A program made the translations under genes and the position numbers. DNA of 46,134 bases from positions 1 to 46,134 of IMG/VR virus record IMGVR_UViG_3300006046_000010. The stretch is one strand, 5' to 3'. The stretch's first letter is position 1, and the number at the start of each line of letters is the position of its first letter. The DNA comes from a virus (lineage: Duplodnaviria > Caudoviricetes). The notes beneath the pieces are model-generated. The model saw only the letters and a list, made by a program, of their open reading frames with translations. It had not been told where the DNA came from and made no database searches. Positions 1 through 8,818 of the stretch are shown piece after piece.

Positions 1-40
1 GTGTCGCGGGGGAGTGAAAGAGGATTGAGGCTTCGGGCAT
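1..40 (-). CDS. 5' end of a gene running off the left edge (MPEASILFHSPRH...), possibly head maturation/scaffold
   Basis: ATG at 40 with open frame to the edge, exactly 14 nt downstream of CGTTGACA as for the genes starting at 6527 and 16088; function guessed from position only. Confidence 0.5.
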   Translation of the reverse strand, partial: MPEASILFHSPAT

Positions 41-54
41 ACTCAACCCGAAAT

Positions 55-62
55 TGTCAACG
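55..62 (-). promoter_or_regulatory. CGTTGACA late-gene motif (N14 to ATG at 40)
   Basis: Intergenic copy of the recurring motif. Confidence 0.6.
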
Positions 63-65
63 CTC

Positions 66-296
66 CTACAGAAAGTTCGAGATCGCCCAGATGATGACGC
101 AGATCGCCAGCACGACCGCTATGACTGTCTTGCCTGGGGCTGGGATCGGAGCAAACCAGCGCTCGATGCACCAAATCAGAAGGCCCACCACTGCAAGAAT
201 GCAGACGGCGATGAGAACCTGGATGAGTAATCCTTTGAGGCCAGTGGCGTCACCGCCGGCTAAGATGTTGTTCGCTGCGATGAGTGCTGTGATCAT
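66..296 (-). CDS. Small two-TM membrane protein (holin-like topology possible)
   Basis: 76 aa; two hydrophobic helices separated by PIPAP; ATGA overlap with the upstream gene. Confidence 0.75.
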   Translation of the reverse strand: MITALIAANNILAGGDATGLKGLLIQVLIAVCILAVVGLLIWCIERWFAPIPAPGKTVIAVVLAICVIIWAISNFL

Positions 297-1852
297 ATTT
301 TTACTCCTCTGGCTTTTTTGATTTTGCTGAAAATGGCTTTGAGTGCGCTGCTGCTGGCCGCGGCGCCGACGCCCGCCACTGCGCCGCCAGTGAGATTCTG
401 TCCGATCGTTTTGGCAGCCCCAGCCTTGTAAACCTGGTCGATCGCGTTGGGGTTGGGTGCTCCCTCTTCTCCGCCGTCGAACATGCCAAGGTGATTGCGA
501 GAGCGCGGGTCGGCAGCCAGCTCGATGATGTCTCCCAGTCTGGCTGACATCGCCGCGAGGCGGCCGGGCTTCAGTTTGTCCGCGAGGCGCTTCTCGGCTT
601 GGGCGTATTGGACTTGGCCGATGTTATCCCACTGCCTCGGGTAGAACTTGCGTTTGACCACCTTGCCCGCTCCGAGCGGCTTGTTGATCTGCATGATCTT
701 CCTGAGGGCGGATTGAATGCCTGAGCCTACCGCCTCGCCCTCTCCGAGTTCGATAATCTCACCAAGTCTGGCGCGAGCGGCGTAGTTGTTGATCTTCGCT
801 GGCGCACCCTCTTTCAGCTTCTTGCTTGCAGGCTCGTCCGCTTCCAGCACGTCGATCGATTGGATCTCGATGTCGGCGCTGTGGCGGGTCTTGCCGTTCT
901 CGTCCTGTCGGTCGGTCTTGCTGCGGGTTTTGAATTTCACCTTAGCCGTGCCACTGAGAGGCAGGTCGATAGGCTGCTCCTTGTCGGAGATGTAGAGCGA
1001 AGGGTAGTGCTTCTTGGATGGCGCGTCGCACCCTGGATAGACGCCCGCGCATTCTCCGTAGGTGGTGCCGAGATCCATGGCCTTGAGTTCAATCAGACGA
1101 GCACGGGCAGAGAACTGACCGGAGGTGGCCGTGGATCGACTGGCGATATGTTTCTTCAAGGCGCTCTCAATCCGATATTTATCAAGCGGGGCTCGCTCAG
1201 CGGAGGCGTTGCTCAATCCCTTCCTTTTTCGGATGTTATCCGCTATCGCACCAACGGCTAGTCCGGCCGCTGCTCCGACTCCACCAATCCTTAATGTCTC
1301 GGCTGTCCGGCCGCCCTGGCTTACTGCATGAGCTGTTGCTGCGAGACCGCCAAGAATTCCTCCGGTGTATCTTCCGGCAGCACGCTTGCCGTGCTCTGCC
1401 GCTCCCGGCTTTTTCTTGGCGCGGTATAGGATGCCATGAACGTTTCCTGCTGTGTCTGCGTAACCCTGAACTGGATCGGCGGCCCAACCTCGATCGAATT
1501 CGATGACTTGATTGAGGGTCTCCCTGGCTGACAGGCGTGTGATTTTACCGATCATTCTCTTGGCTCTCCCAGTGAAAGTTTTTCCCTGCCTTACACGCAA
1601 TGCCGTCAACTTTCGCAGGGCAGCATCCCCTTCGGGCGTGCCCTTGGCGCGACGGTGAAGGCGTTCGAGTTTATCTTCAACGGAGCCGCCTATTTCGTCG
1701 GGCTGCCCTCCCATCTTGGCCCTGTATGCGGCGTCCACTTTGTTCTGCGCCCACCTGTTAATCTCGGGCGCTTTGATGTGGGCGTAGACGCCGACTCCGG
1801 TCAGCGTGGCTCCGGCTGCGAGTTGGGCCAGTTTTTTGCGATCCTCATCCAT
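293..1852 (-). CDS. Basic multi-segment virion-block protein (polyprotein-like, 4 SAR..IE[FL] motifs, Gly-zipper segments)
   Basis: 519 aa; LSARETLNQVIEF, FSARARLIEL, YAARARLGEIIEL, MSARLGDIIEL; Gly/Ala hydrophobic stretches followed by K/R clusters. Confidence 0.8.
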   Translation of the reverse strand: MDEDRKKLAQLAAGATLTGVGVYAHIKAPEINRWAQNKVDAAYRAKMGGQPDEIGGSVEDKLERLHRRAKGTPEGDAALRKLTALRVRQGKTFTGRAKRMIGKITRLSARETLNQVIEFDRGWAADPVQGYADTAGNVHGILYRAKKKPGAAEHGKRAAGRYTGGILGGLAATAHAVSQGGRTAETLRIGGVGAAAGLAVGAIADNIRKRKGLSNASAERAPLDKYRIESALKKHIASRSTATSGQFSARARLIELKAMDLGTTYGECAGVYPGCDAPSKKHYPSLYISDKEQPIDLPLSGTAKVKFKTRSKTDRQDENGKTRHSADIEIQSIDVLEADEPASKKLKEGAPAKINNYAARARLGEIIELGEGEAVGSGIQSALRKIMQINKPLGAGKVVKRKFYPRQWDNIGQVQYAQAEKRLADKLKPGRLAAMSARLGDIIELAADPRSRNHLGMFDGGEEGAPNPNAIDQVYKAGAAKTIGQNLTGGAVAGVGAAASSSALKAIFSKIKKARGVKI

Positions 1853-1854
1853 TG

Positions 1855-2664
1855 CTATGCTGACAGCGGATGCTTCCTGCGGATTCGGCCTCCTACATTC
1901 AATCCTGCAGCAGCCCCGTATAGGCCACCAGCAAAACCGCCGAGCGTTGCGGTTGCTCCGGCTATACCTTTTTTGCGGCCGGCCAAGATTCCGGCGGTGA
2001 TCCCGCCGACTAACCCGGTGGCCCCGCCGATGGCCGCCCCTCTCCGAACATAAGATTCTCGGTGTAATTTCTCCTGCAGTGGTTTGACTGCCGGGTCAGC
2101 TCCGTAGACCGCTTCCTCGATTGCGTTTCGCGACTTTGAGATTCTTGCGCGTGCGTCGCGAATGGCGAGCTTATTTTCTTTTTTAACCTTTTTGAAAGTA
2201 TCCCTTCGCTCCTGGACGATGGCCCCGTGAGCCCGATTGAAGTCGGCCAAAGGTGAGTCGAGTTCAATCACTCCATCGAGCAGGGTGTTGAGCTTGATGA
2301 TTTTGGCTTCCCTGGACTCCAGTCGAATGCCTCTCAACTTCTCCAGGAGCGCCGCAACTGAACTGCCGGCCTTCTTGCCAGCGGAAGTGAGCTTTGGTCC
2401 GGCCTGCGATACGGCTGTGGTAACGCCCCTGCGAACATTGGCTGCCACTGCTCCATAGCCACCAGCGCTGGTGACGGCGCGATGCCCGAAGTATGCGCCG
2501 GCTCCAGTCAGACCTCCAGCTCCGGCGATTGCTGCCGTCTTCGCGACGCTCGCCTCGGGCGCTTCCACCCAGGTCTCGGTCGCTGGGTCCCACACTCTCT
2601 TGAACTCCAGGAGTTCGCTGGTTGCGGCGCTGAGTTCAATGAGGCGATCGAGTCGGGTCTTCAT
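1855..2664 (-). CDS. Basic Gly-zipper protein with ..LIEL/LLEF/VIEL motifs
   Basis: 269 aa; two GxxxG-rich hydrophobic segments; N-terminal and internal copies of the motif. Confidence 0.8.
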   Translation of the reverse strand: MKTRLDRLIELSAATSELLEFKRVWDPATETWVEAPEASVAKTAAIAGAGGLTGAGAYFGHRAVTSAGGYGAVAANVRRGVTTAVSQAGPKLTSAGKKAGSSVAALLEKLRGIRLESREAKIIKLNTLLDGVIELDSPLADFNRAHGAIVQERRDTFKKVKKENKLAIRDARARISKSRNAIEEAVYGADPAVKPLQEKLHRESYVRRGAAIGGATGLVGGITAGILAGRKKGIAGATATLGGFAGGLYGAAAGLNVGGRIRRKHPLSA

Positions 2665-2684
2665 AGCGATGTGTTTTGCGGTTT

Positions 2685-2691
2685 TGTCAAC
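2685..2691 (-). promoter_or_regulatory. GTTGACA motif (N20 to ATG at 2664)
   Basis: Intergenic copy of the recurring motif. Confidence 0.5.
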
Positions 2692-2696
2692 TTCCC

Positions 2697-5600
2697 TTAG
2701 ATTTTCTTCAGGACGCTCTTGACTGCTCTGGCGGCTGCCTTCGATTCCATTTGAGCCCCACGTCTTTTGGCTGCATTGATGGCCCTGATCTCGGCTGCCG
2801 TTCGGGGAGCGGCGGCCGTTGATGTCTGACTGAATGGCGTGCCTGGGACCTCAGTGAAGATTGGGGCTTCCGCTGCGGCGCGACGCGCTTGAATCCGATT
2901 GTGCAGGATGTGCGTTCCGCCAACTCCAGCCACGAGACTGCCGATAGTGATCGCGTCACGGATCTTGCGTTCATCCTCGATCTTCAGTGACTTTCCCGCA
3001 CGCTGACGACGCTGGCTCCCTGGTGCGAAGATCCTGGCGGACTTACCGCGCTTGTCGCGCAAGTCCCAGTCAGGAACGACTTCGGCTAGCCGGATGACAC
3101 GGTGACCCCTGGCGGACAGCTTGGTGAGTGGCGGTGCCTTCTTCTTCCCAGGTCGGACCTCTGCGATCACCTTCAGTCGCGACTTCACATCCTCGGCGGC
3201 TTCCTTCGCCTTGGCGCTCTTAGCCACCTTCTCGACCGCCTCTGATGGCTTACCCTGCCAGCGGCGAAAGACTTCTTCCGCTTTGTTGTTCAGTAGATCG
3301 GAGGTGTCACGCTTCACGCCCCTTATCTCACGGCGAACCTTCAGGATTGGGCGAGAGATCGTGCGGTTGCTACGGATGAGGTTCTCGAATCCTGAGCGGG
3401 TTCCTTCCGCTGGCTTCTTGAAGAAGCTCTCTCCTGCGTCCAGGATGCCCGCCATGCCCCTCGGTTCCAGGTTGGCGGCCTTCTGAGCTGCGGCCGTGGC
3501 ACGCAAGCCCTTGATGCCACTGACTGATTTCTTGGCGGCAATAGCGAGGAGTCCGACTCCGACTGCTTTCTTGAACCATGGCTTCTGCCATTCAGGGGTG
3601 CGTGGGCGACCGCGGGCGTCCAGTCGATCCTGGGTTGGCGTGGTCGCATCCTGGATTAAACGCTTCGCCCGTCCTGCGCGTTGGTAGAACTCTTCCGCTC
3701 TGGCCTGAGGGTTGCGGGCGAGCCGCTTGAGGTAGCGCTGCACGTCGTTGTCTTTCTCGTCAAAGTTGATGACGGGGCCAACCCAGACGAATCCAACGGC
3801 TCGGGCTGCCTGCTTGGCCTTGCGAACCTTGTCCAGAAGAGCCTTGCCGGCAAGTCCGGCTGCGGCCAGTCCAGCCACTTGACCCGGCACGTTGTCGATC
3901 CGCTTGCCCGTGAAGCTGCGATCGCCAAACTGATCCTTGGTTGTGGCGGTCCTGTTTCGGACAATGGCTTGGATGCCAACTCCTGTGGCGGCTCCAGCCA
4001 GTGAGGCGGCCCTCAAGCTGAGGCCGGTCTTCTTTCTGAGGAGGGATGAGACGGCCGCTCCACCGATGGCTGTGCGGATGTAGTTATTCTCAGCCTTCAC
4101 CTTGTCGTCGGCGTAGAGCTTCTTCCCGTAGCGATCACGGGCGACCGCGGAGCGGTTGGTGGACTGAACTGCGAGTTGAATGGTTTTGCCTTTGGATTTC
4201 ATGTCGATGAGTGGGCGGCGTTCCTTACGCTTCTCGCGAGCCTTCTCTACCAGCCAGCCGATTGGCGCGGTAGCGAGAGCGCCGACAACAGCGCCAGTGC
4301 CGATCTTCCCCAGGTGACCCCTGGCAGTGTCTCGAAATGGATTCCTGACTGCAGATTTGCCGTGCCGCAGCAGCTCCAGGAGTGGGTCTGTGGCGTAGAT
4401 ACCGGCGGCACCCTCCAGTCCCCCAGTGAGGGCGTGAGCGAGAATGCTGGCCCTTGGCTTACCCTCCACTTTGCTGCGGGCTTTCTTGATGGGGTCGAGT
4501 TCCGCGAACTGCACCGGCTCCTTCTTTTTCCTGCGCTCTTTAACAGTCTCGTATCCCTCGGTTCCGACAACTCCGGCTCCGGCGCCAGTGACGCCACCAA
4601 TGATCAGATTCTTCTTCGCCTTCTCCTCTCCGGCGCGGCGCACGTCCCGGATGTCAGTCTTCAACTTTTGGGTTGCCTCAGCGTGCTCAGCGCGTGCGGC
4701 CTTGAGAGCCTCCGCTCCCTCTCGCTTGGCAGCGGCGGTTGCAGCTCCAGCCCTTCCGGCCTGTGAGGCGATCGTTTCCTGCAGGGATTCATTGTGCTTG
4801 GTGAGGTCGGTAATGGATGAACGTAGCGCCCCGATCTTACCCTCCCGCTCCTTGGTGATGCGCAGGCCGCGGATGTTGCGGGCCAGGGTTACGCGCGTGC
4901 GTTGAATGTGGCCGTTCATTGCCGCGTGGGCCTCGGGAGTGATCTGCTTGGCCCTCAGCTTGTCTGTCAGCGTCGTCAGCACGTCCCGGTCGGCGGCGGC
5001 CAGACGGTCAGAGACGATCTTGGTGGCGCCCGAGCCGGTTCCGATGTTCATCCGAGCTGCCTTGGCCAGAAGCTTTTGGTAGGAAGTCCCGATGGGCGGC
5101 TTCTTGGGCGCTCTCACCTTCTTGGCTACGGACGCCGCCTCCTTGACGATGCCGGCGCTTTGCGTTCCTTTCCCGATCCGTAGACGAGTGATCGGGTCCA
5201 GCTTCCCGAACTGAATGACTGACTTGTTCGAGGCTGACATTTGATTCTCTCTCTTGCTGCGTAACTTCTTAATCAGGAGCGCACCACCCCCTGCGACCAC
5301 TGCGCCACCAATCGTGCCGGCCACTTTGAGTCGGGTGGCGTTGCGCTTGAGGAACGGGTAGTCCTGACGGGCGTTCATGGCAGAGCGAAGCTGGTCAAAG
5401 ACTTTGCCCTTCTTGATGACCTGATTGGTCAGATCTCCGATTCGCTCAGCCTTCCAGTCTCGCGCCCCTTTCACGAACGGCTCGCGGACGCCTGCAAGTT
5501 TGGAGTGCGAGCGATGAATGCCCTCCACGGTGCCTGGGCTGATCCCGAGCTTCTTGGCGATCGCGGCCGTGTCGTAAACGTCGGACTCTGCCCCGATGGC

Positions 5601-6527
5601 GCGAGGCTTGAATAGCGGAGCAGTGATGTCGGCCACTCGGCTTTTGACGACATCAGGGTTCTTTACGGTGCGGCTAACCTTTTCAGTGGCGATGGAGGTG
5701 ACACGCTCTTTGAGCTTGCCCGCCTTGGCTTCGTCACCCTTCCTGATGTTAGCCACCTCGATGCCCACCATGTTCTTTAACCCTGGCATGATCTTGTTGA
5801 TCTTTTCGTTGGCTGCTTTGAAGCCTCCGCCACGGACGAACGTCTTGCCGTTCTCGACTGAAAGCTTTCCGGTCTCAGTGCCCACGGCGCGACGAACGGA
5901 GCGTGCGATGTTGGCGTTCTGCCTCAACTCTGAGGCCATCGAGCTGGCGTAAAGCGAGCGCTGATCGAGGGCGGACTGGATTTCCGTCCTGGGCAGCTTC
6001 TTGGTGGGAGCGCTTTTTACTGCACGCTTTGAGTGAGCTACCTCCTTTGCGTGGATGGGTCCGATTGGGGTGACGGTCTTTGGCTCGAACTTCTTCTTTC
6101 CCATGTAGCTGGTCGCGTAGTCCGCTTCCTTTTGTGCGACGACTGCCGTGTGCTCTTTGTGCTCCCGGTCGGCCTTCTCTACCAGCTCGGCCGTCTTTCT
6201 GAGATACGTCTGGCGAGCCGCGTGAGTCTCCTGTAGCTTATCGATGGCGGCGCGGTGCTCGGTGTGCTTGCCGCTGATGTTGGTCAGGATGTCAGCCTTG
6301 ATCATGGCTTCGCCTGCGGCGCGGCGCTTGCCCTTGATTCTCTCCTGCCGGTCTGTCGCCGTCTGCTTTGGTGGCGCCTCGCTATTTCTGAGCACTGCGT
6401 CTCGGATAACCCTGGCGGTCGGGTTCTTGTTGTATTCACTCTCCGGGGCGTGCTTCTTGAAGTAATCCCCTCGGGCGAAAGACAGGATTCCGTCAAGCGT
6501 GGCAGAGAGTTGAGTGAGGCGACTCAT
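2697..6527 (-). CDS. Large highly basic polyprotein-like virion-block protein (candidate internal/ejection protein)
   Basis: 1276 aa, K/R/A-rich; about 6 motif-delimited segments, most with a Gly/Ala hydrophobic helix plus basic tail. Confidence 0.85.
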   Translation of the reverse strand: MSRLTQLSATLDGILSFARGDYFKKHAPESEYNKNPTARVIRDAVLRNSEAPPKQTATDRQERIKGKRRAAGEAMIKADILTNISGKHTEHRAAIDKLQETHAARQTYLRKTAELVEKADREHKEHTAVVAQKEADYATSYMGKKKFEPKTVTPIGPIHAKEVAHSKRAVKSAPTKKLPRTEIQSALDQRSLYASSMASELRQNANIARSVRRAVGTETGKLSVENGKTFVRGGGFKAANEKINKIMPGLKNMVGIEVANIRKGDEAKAGKLKERVTSIATEKVSRTVKNPDVVKSRVADITAPLFKPRAIGAESDVYDTAAIAKKLGISPGTVEGIHRSHSKLAGVREPFVKGARDWKAERIGDLTNQVIKKGKVFDQLRSAMNARQDYPFLKRNATRLKVAGTIGGAVVAGGGALLIKKLRSKRENQMSASNKSVIQFGKLDPITRLRIGKGTQSAGIVKEAASVAKKVRAPKKPPIGTSYQKLLAKAARMNIGTGSGATKIVSDRLAAADRDVLTTLTDKLRAKQITPEAHAAMNGHIQRTRVTLARNIRGLRITKEREGKIGALRSSITDLTKHNESLQETIASQAGRAGAATAAAKREGAEALKAARAEHAEATQKLKTDIRDVRRAGEEKAKKNLIIGGVTGAGAGVVGTEGYETVKERRKKKEPVQFAELDPIKKARSKVEGKPRASILAHALTGGLEGAAGIYATDPLLELLRHGKSAVRNPFRDTARGHLGKIGTGAVVGALATAPIGWLVEKAREKRKERRPLIDMKSKGKTIQLAVQSTNRSAVARDRYGKKLYADDKVKAENNYIRTAIGGAAVSSLLRKKTGLSLRAASLAGAATGVGIQAIVRNRTATTKDQFGDRSFTGKRIDNVPGQVAGLAAAGLAGKALLDKVRKAKQAARAVGFVWVGPVINFDEKDNDVQRYLKRLARNPQARAEEFYQRAGRAKRLIQDATTPTQDRLDARGRPRTPEWQKPWFKKAVGVGLLAIAAKKSVSGIKGLRATAAAQKAANLEPRGMAGILDAGESFFKKPAEGTRSGFENLIRSNRTISRPILKVRREIRGVKRDTSDLLNNKAEEVFRRWQGKPSEAVEKVAKSAKAKEAAEDVKSRLKVIAEVRPGKKKAPPLTKLSARGHRVIRLAEVVPDWDLRDKRGKSARIFAPGSQRRQRAGKSLKIEDERKIRDAITIGSLVAGVGGTHILHNRIQARRAAAEAPIFTEVPGTPFSQTSTAAAPRTAAEIRAINAAKRRGAQMESKAAARAVKSVLKKI

Positions 6528-6541
6528 TACTTTGGGCGAAA

Positions 6542-6549
6542 TGTCAACG
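6542..6549 (-). promoter_or_regulatory. CGTTGACA late-gene motif (N14 to ATG at 6527)
   Basis: Intergenic; same spacing as the copies at 55 and 16103. Confidence 0.6.
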
Positions 6550-8370
6550 TTACACCAGCCCTAATACCACAAGCTCCGCCTCATCGTCACTAACCTTTTT
6601 GAGTTTCTTCTGCGGCCGGCGCCGCGGGTAGCGGTTGACGTTGGGAGCGCTCGGGTATCCCCCGCCTCCTCCTGAGACGGGCGGCTCAATGACGGGCACG
6701 TCACTGACGAACTCGACGGTGCAGGTTCCCTCGCTTGATCCAACTGCTTCCCAGATGCAGGCCCCAACTCCCTGGACATCAGCCGCTCCAGCAGACTCTC
6801 CTACCGCCTCGGTAACGTTGTCAGCGTCAGGGTCGCCAAAGGCTGTGCTTGTTCCGTCTGAGGAGAAGACTGTCTCGACGGTGGCGCTGGCCTCTCCCGT
6901 GGCTGCCCCAGCTCCATCCGAGGCGAAGATGACCGCAAAGATAGACTCACCAATACCTGACGCGGTTGAAGTCCCGGTGGAGGAAGCGGTCGCTTCGCTG
7001 TATCCAGTGGCGTCAGAGTTGCCGGTAGCTGTTCCGGTTCCGTCCGACGAGAAGATTGACGTGAAGATCGAGAGCGCGTCAGCAGACGCCGACCCCGCCC
7101 CGTCGGACGAGAAGGTAGTTGCAGTGGTGGCGCTCGCATTAGCGGACGCGGTTGAGGTCCCAGTAGCGCTGCCGCTGGCCTCGACGATCGCTGCCGAGAC
7201 GGCCTGGACCGTGGACGTGCCGGACGCGGCGAACACTGTGAGCGAGATCGACTGAGCAAGCCCGCTGCCCTCTCCTGATCCGATCACACTGCCGACACCA
7301 GTTCCGAATGATTGACCTACTCCAGTGGCCGTTCCGGTTCCGTCGGACGAACCTCTGGTGGTAAAGACGTTGGTCTCAGTCCCGAGGGCGGTAGCTGCTC
7401 CAGCGGCGTTGAAAACGCTGAGCCAGATGGCGCTGGAGCTACCAGCAGCCGCGCCAGCGCCAGAGCTTGAGCCGGTAGCTGTTGCTGCGGCCGCAGATAT
7501 GCCAATCGCTGCCCCTGCCCCGTCGGAAGCGAATACGACAGCGATGGTCGCCTGAGCGTTGCCAGTGACGGTAGATGTTCCACTGGACGAGAAGGCGGCC
7601 GTCCCGAACCCAACTCCGATACCAGACGCAGCTCCCTGGCCGTCCGAGCTACCTCTGGTTGAAAAGACATTAGTCTCAGTGCCGAGGACTGTGGCGGCGC
7701 CGTCAGCGTTGCCTACTGCCGCCCACGTAAGACCGGAGAGAGCGGCTGCGGTGCTGGTGCCAGCCGCGGAGCCAACAGAGTCATCAATGGATGCCGCGGC
7801 TCCTGTAGCCACGCCGAGTCCAGTGGAACTGAAGACGACAGCGATTGGGTATTGAGCGAGCCCCGTGGCCGTCCCTGTGCCCGTGGACGAGTAGACTCCG
7901 GTGAAGACGCTCGCGCCAATCCCGGATGCGGTAGAGGTGCCTGCCGATGAGCCTGAGCTGTTAACGTCGTAGCTCGCTACTGCGGTTGCGGTCCCAGTCC
8001 CGGAAGAGCTGAAGACGCCGAGGAAGAAGTAGACGCCAATGCCGGTAGCTGCTCCTACGCCATCGGACGAGCCCCTGGTCGAGAAGACATTGGTTTCAGT
8101 GCCAAGAACCGTGGATGCACCTGTGGCGTTCCCGACTCCCGCAAAGACGGGAGCGGCAATACCTGACGCCGCTCCAACCCCAGACGAAGATGCAACGCCA
8201 GCGAAGGTGTTGGATGATATGCCGGCTGCGGCACCTACGCCAGCGGCGCTGCCGTCCGCCTCAACTACATTGGTGACTAACTCTGGATCGTAAACGCCGG
8301 GTGGCGATAAGTCTGGATCAACGGCCGCCCTTGGCCGTAACCCTCGATCGAAAGAGCCATGCGTCGCCAC
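6550..8370 (-). CDS. Gly/Ser/Ala/Thr 20-aa repeat fibre-like structural protein
   Basis: 606 aa; GSS[DS]GxxxAxG repeat with 20-aa period; LGTETNVF[ST]TRGSSDG three times; GGGGG plus basic C-terminus. Confidence 0.8.
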   Translation of the reverse strand: MATHGSFDRGLRPRAAVDPDLSPPGVYDPELVTNVVEADGSAAGVGAAAGISSNTFAGVASSSGVGAASGIAAPVFAGVGNATGASTVLGTETNVFSTRGSSDGVGAATGIGVYFFLGVFSSSGTGTATAVASYDVNSSGSSAGTSTASGIGASVFTGVYSSTGTGTATGLAQYPIAVVFSSTGLGVATGAAASIDDSVGSAAGTSTAAALSGLTWAAVGNADGAATVLGTETNVFSTRGSSDGQGAASGIGVGFGTAAFSSSGTSTVTGNAQATIAVVFASDGAGAAIGISAAAATATGSSSGAGAAAGSSSAIWLSVFNAAGAATALGTETNVFTTRGSSDGTGTATGVGQSFGTGVGSVIGSGEGSGLAQSISLTVFAASGTSTVQAVSAAIVEASGSATGTSTASANASATTATTFSSDGAGSASADALSIFTSIFSSDGTGTATGNSDATGYSEATASSTGTSTASGIGESIFAVIFASDGAGAATGEASATVETVFSSDGTSTAFGDPDADNVTEAVGESAGAADVQGVGACIWEAVGSSEGTCTVEFVSDVPVIEPPVSGGGGGYPSAPNVNRYPRRRPQKKLKKVSDDEAELVVLGLV

Positions 8371-8374
8371 ATCA

Positions 8375-8800
8375 TTAAGCTGCCGGTTTCTCCTCTGCGG
8401 GTTCCTTTATTGCAGGTATCACGAACCCTGAGAATGCAATCTCTTGAGCGGGCGTGAGGTCTGGTGGAACCACCTTGGCGAAGTAAACCTCGATCTCCAC
8501 AACGGCATCCAGAAGCTTCTCGTTCTCCGCATTGCGCTTGTTCGTGGCTTCCTTCGTGAATACGAGACTGCCGTGCCCGTCCACGATTACGTTACCCTTC
8601 TCGTCAGCGGTGCAGCACTCGATGTTGTTGCGTGCAACTTTTCCTTCGTGCTCCCGATTGGCCTGCTCACACACGGGCATGACCTGCATGATCGCGTATT
8701 TTAGATGACTCTGCCCCTGGTTCTGCTTCTGTTGCGCCCACATCGACGCCATGTTGAGGAATCGGATGATTTCCCTGATTGATTTCTTGGTTTTGTTCAT
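8375..8800 (-). CDS. Hypothetical protein (possible fibre assembly chaperone)
   Basis: 141 aa, helical/charged, directly downstream of a fibre gene; ATG with AACCGAAC leader. Confidence 0.7.
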   Translation of the reverse strand: MNKTKKSIREIIRFLNMASMWAQQKQNQGQSHLKYAIMQVMPVCEQANREHEGKVARNNIECCTADEKGNVIVDGHGSLVFTKEATNKRNAENEKLLDAVVEIEVYFAKVVPPDLTPAQEIAFSGFVIPAIKEPAEEKPAA

Positions 8801-8818
8801 AGGTTCGGTTGTGTTTGG

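Noticed and set aside
1-321. Track ORF 1..321 (+)
   Set aside because: Antisense to the membrane protein gene and the gene starting at 40; the minus strand is the coding strand here
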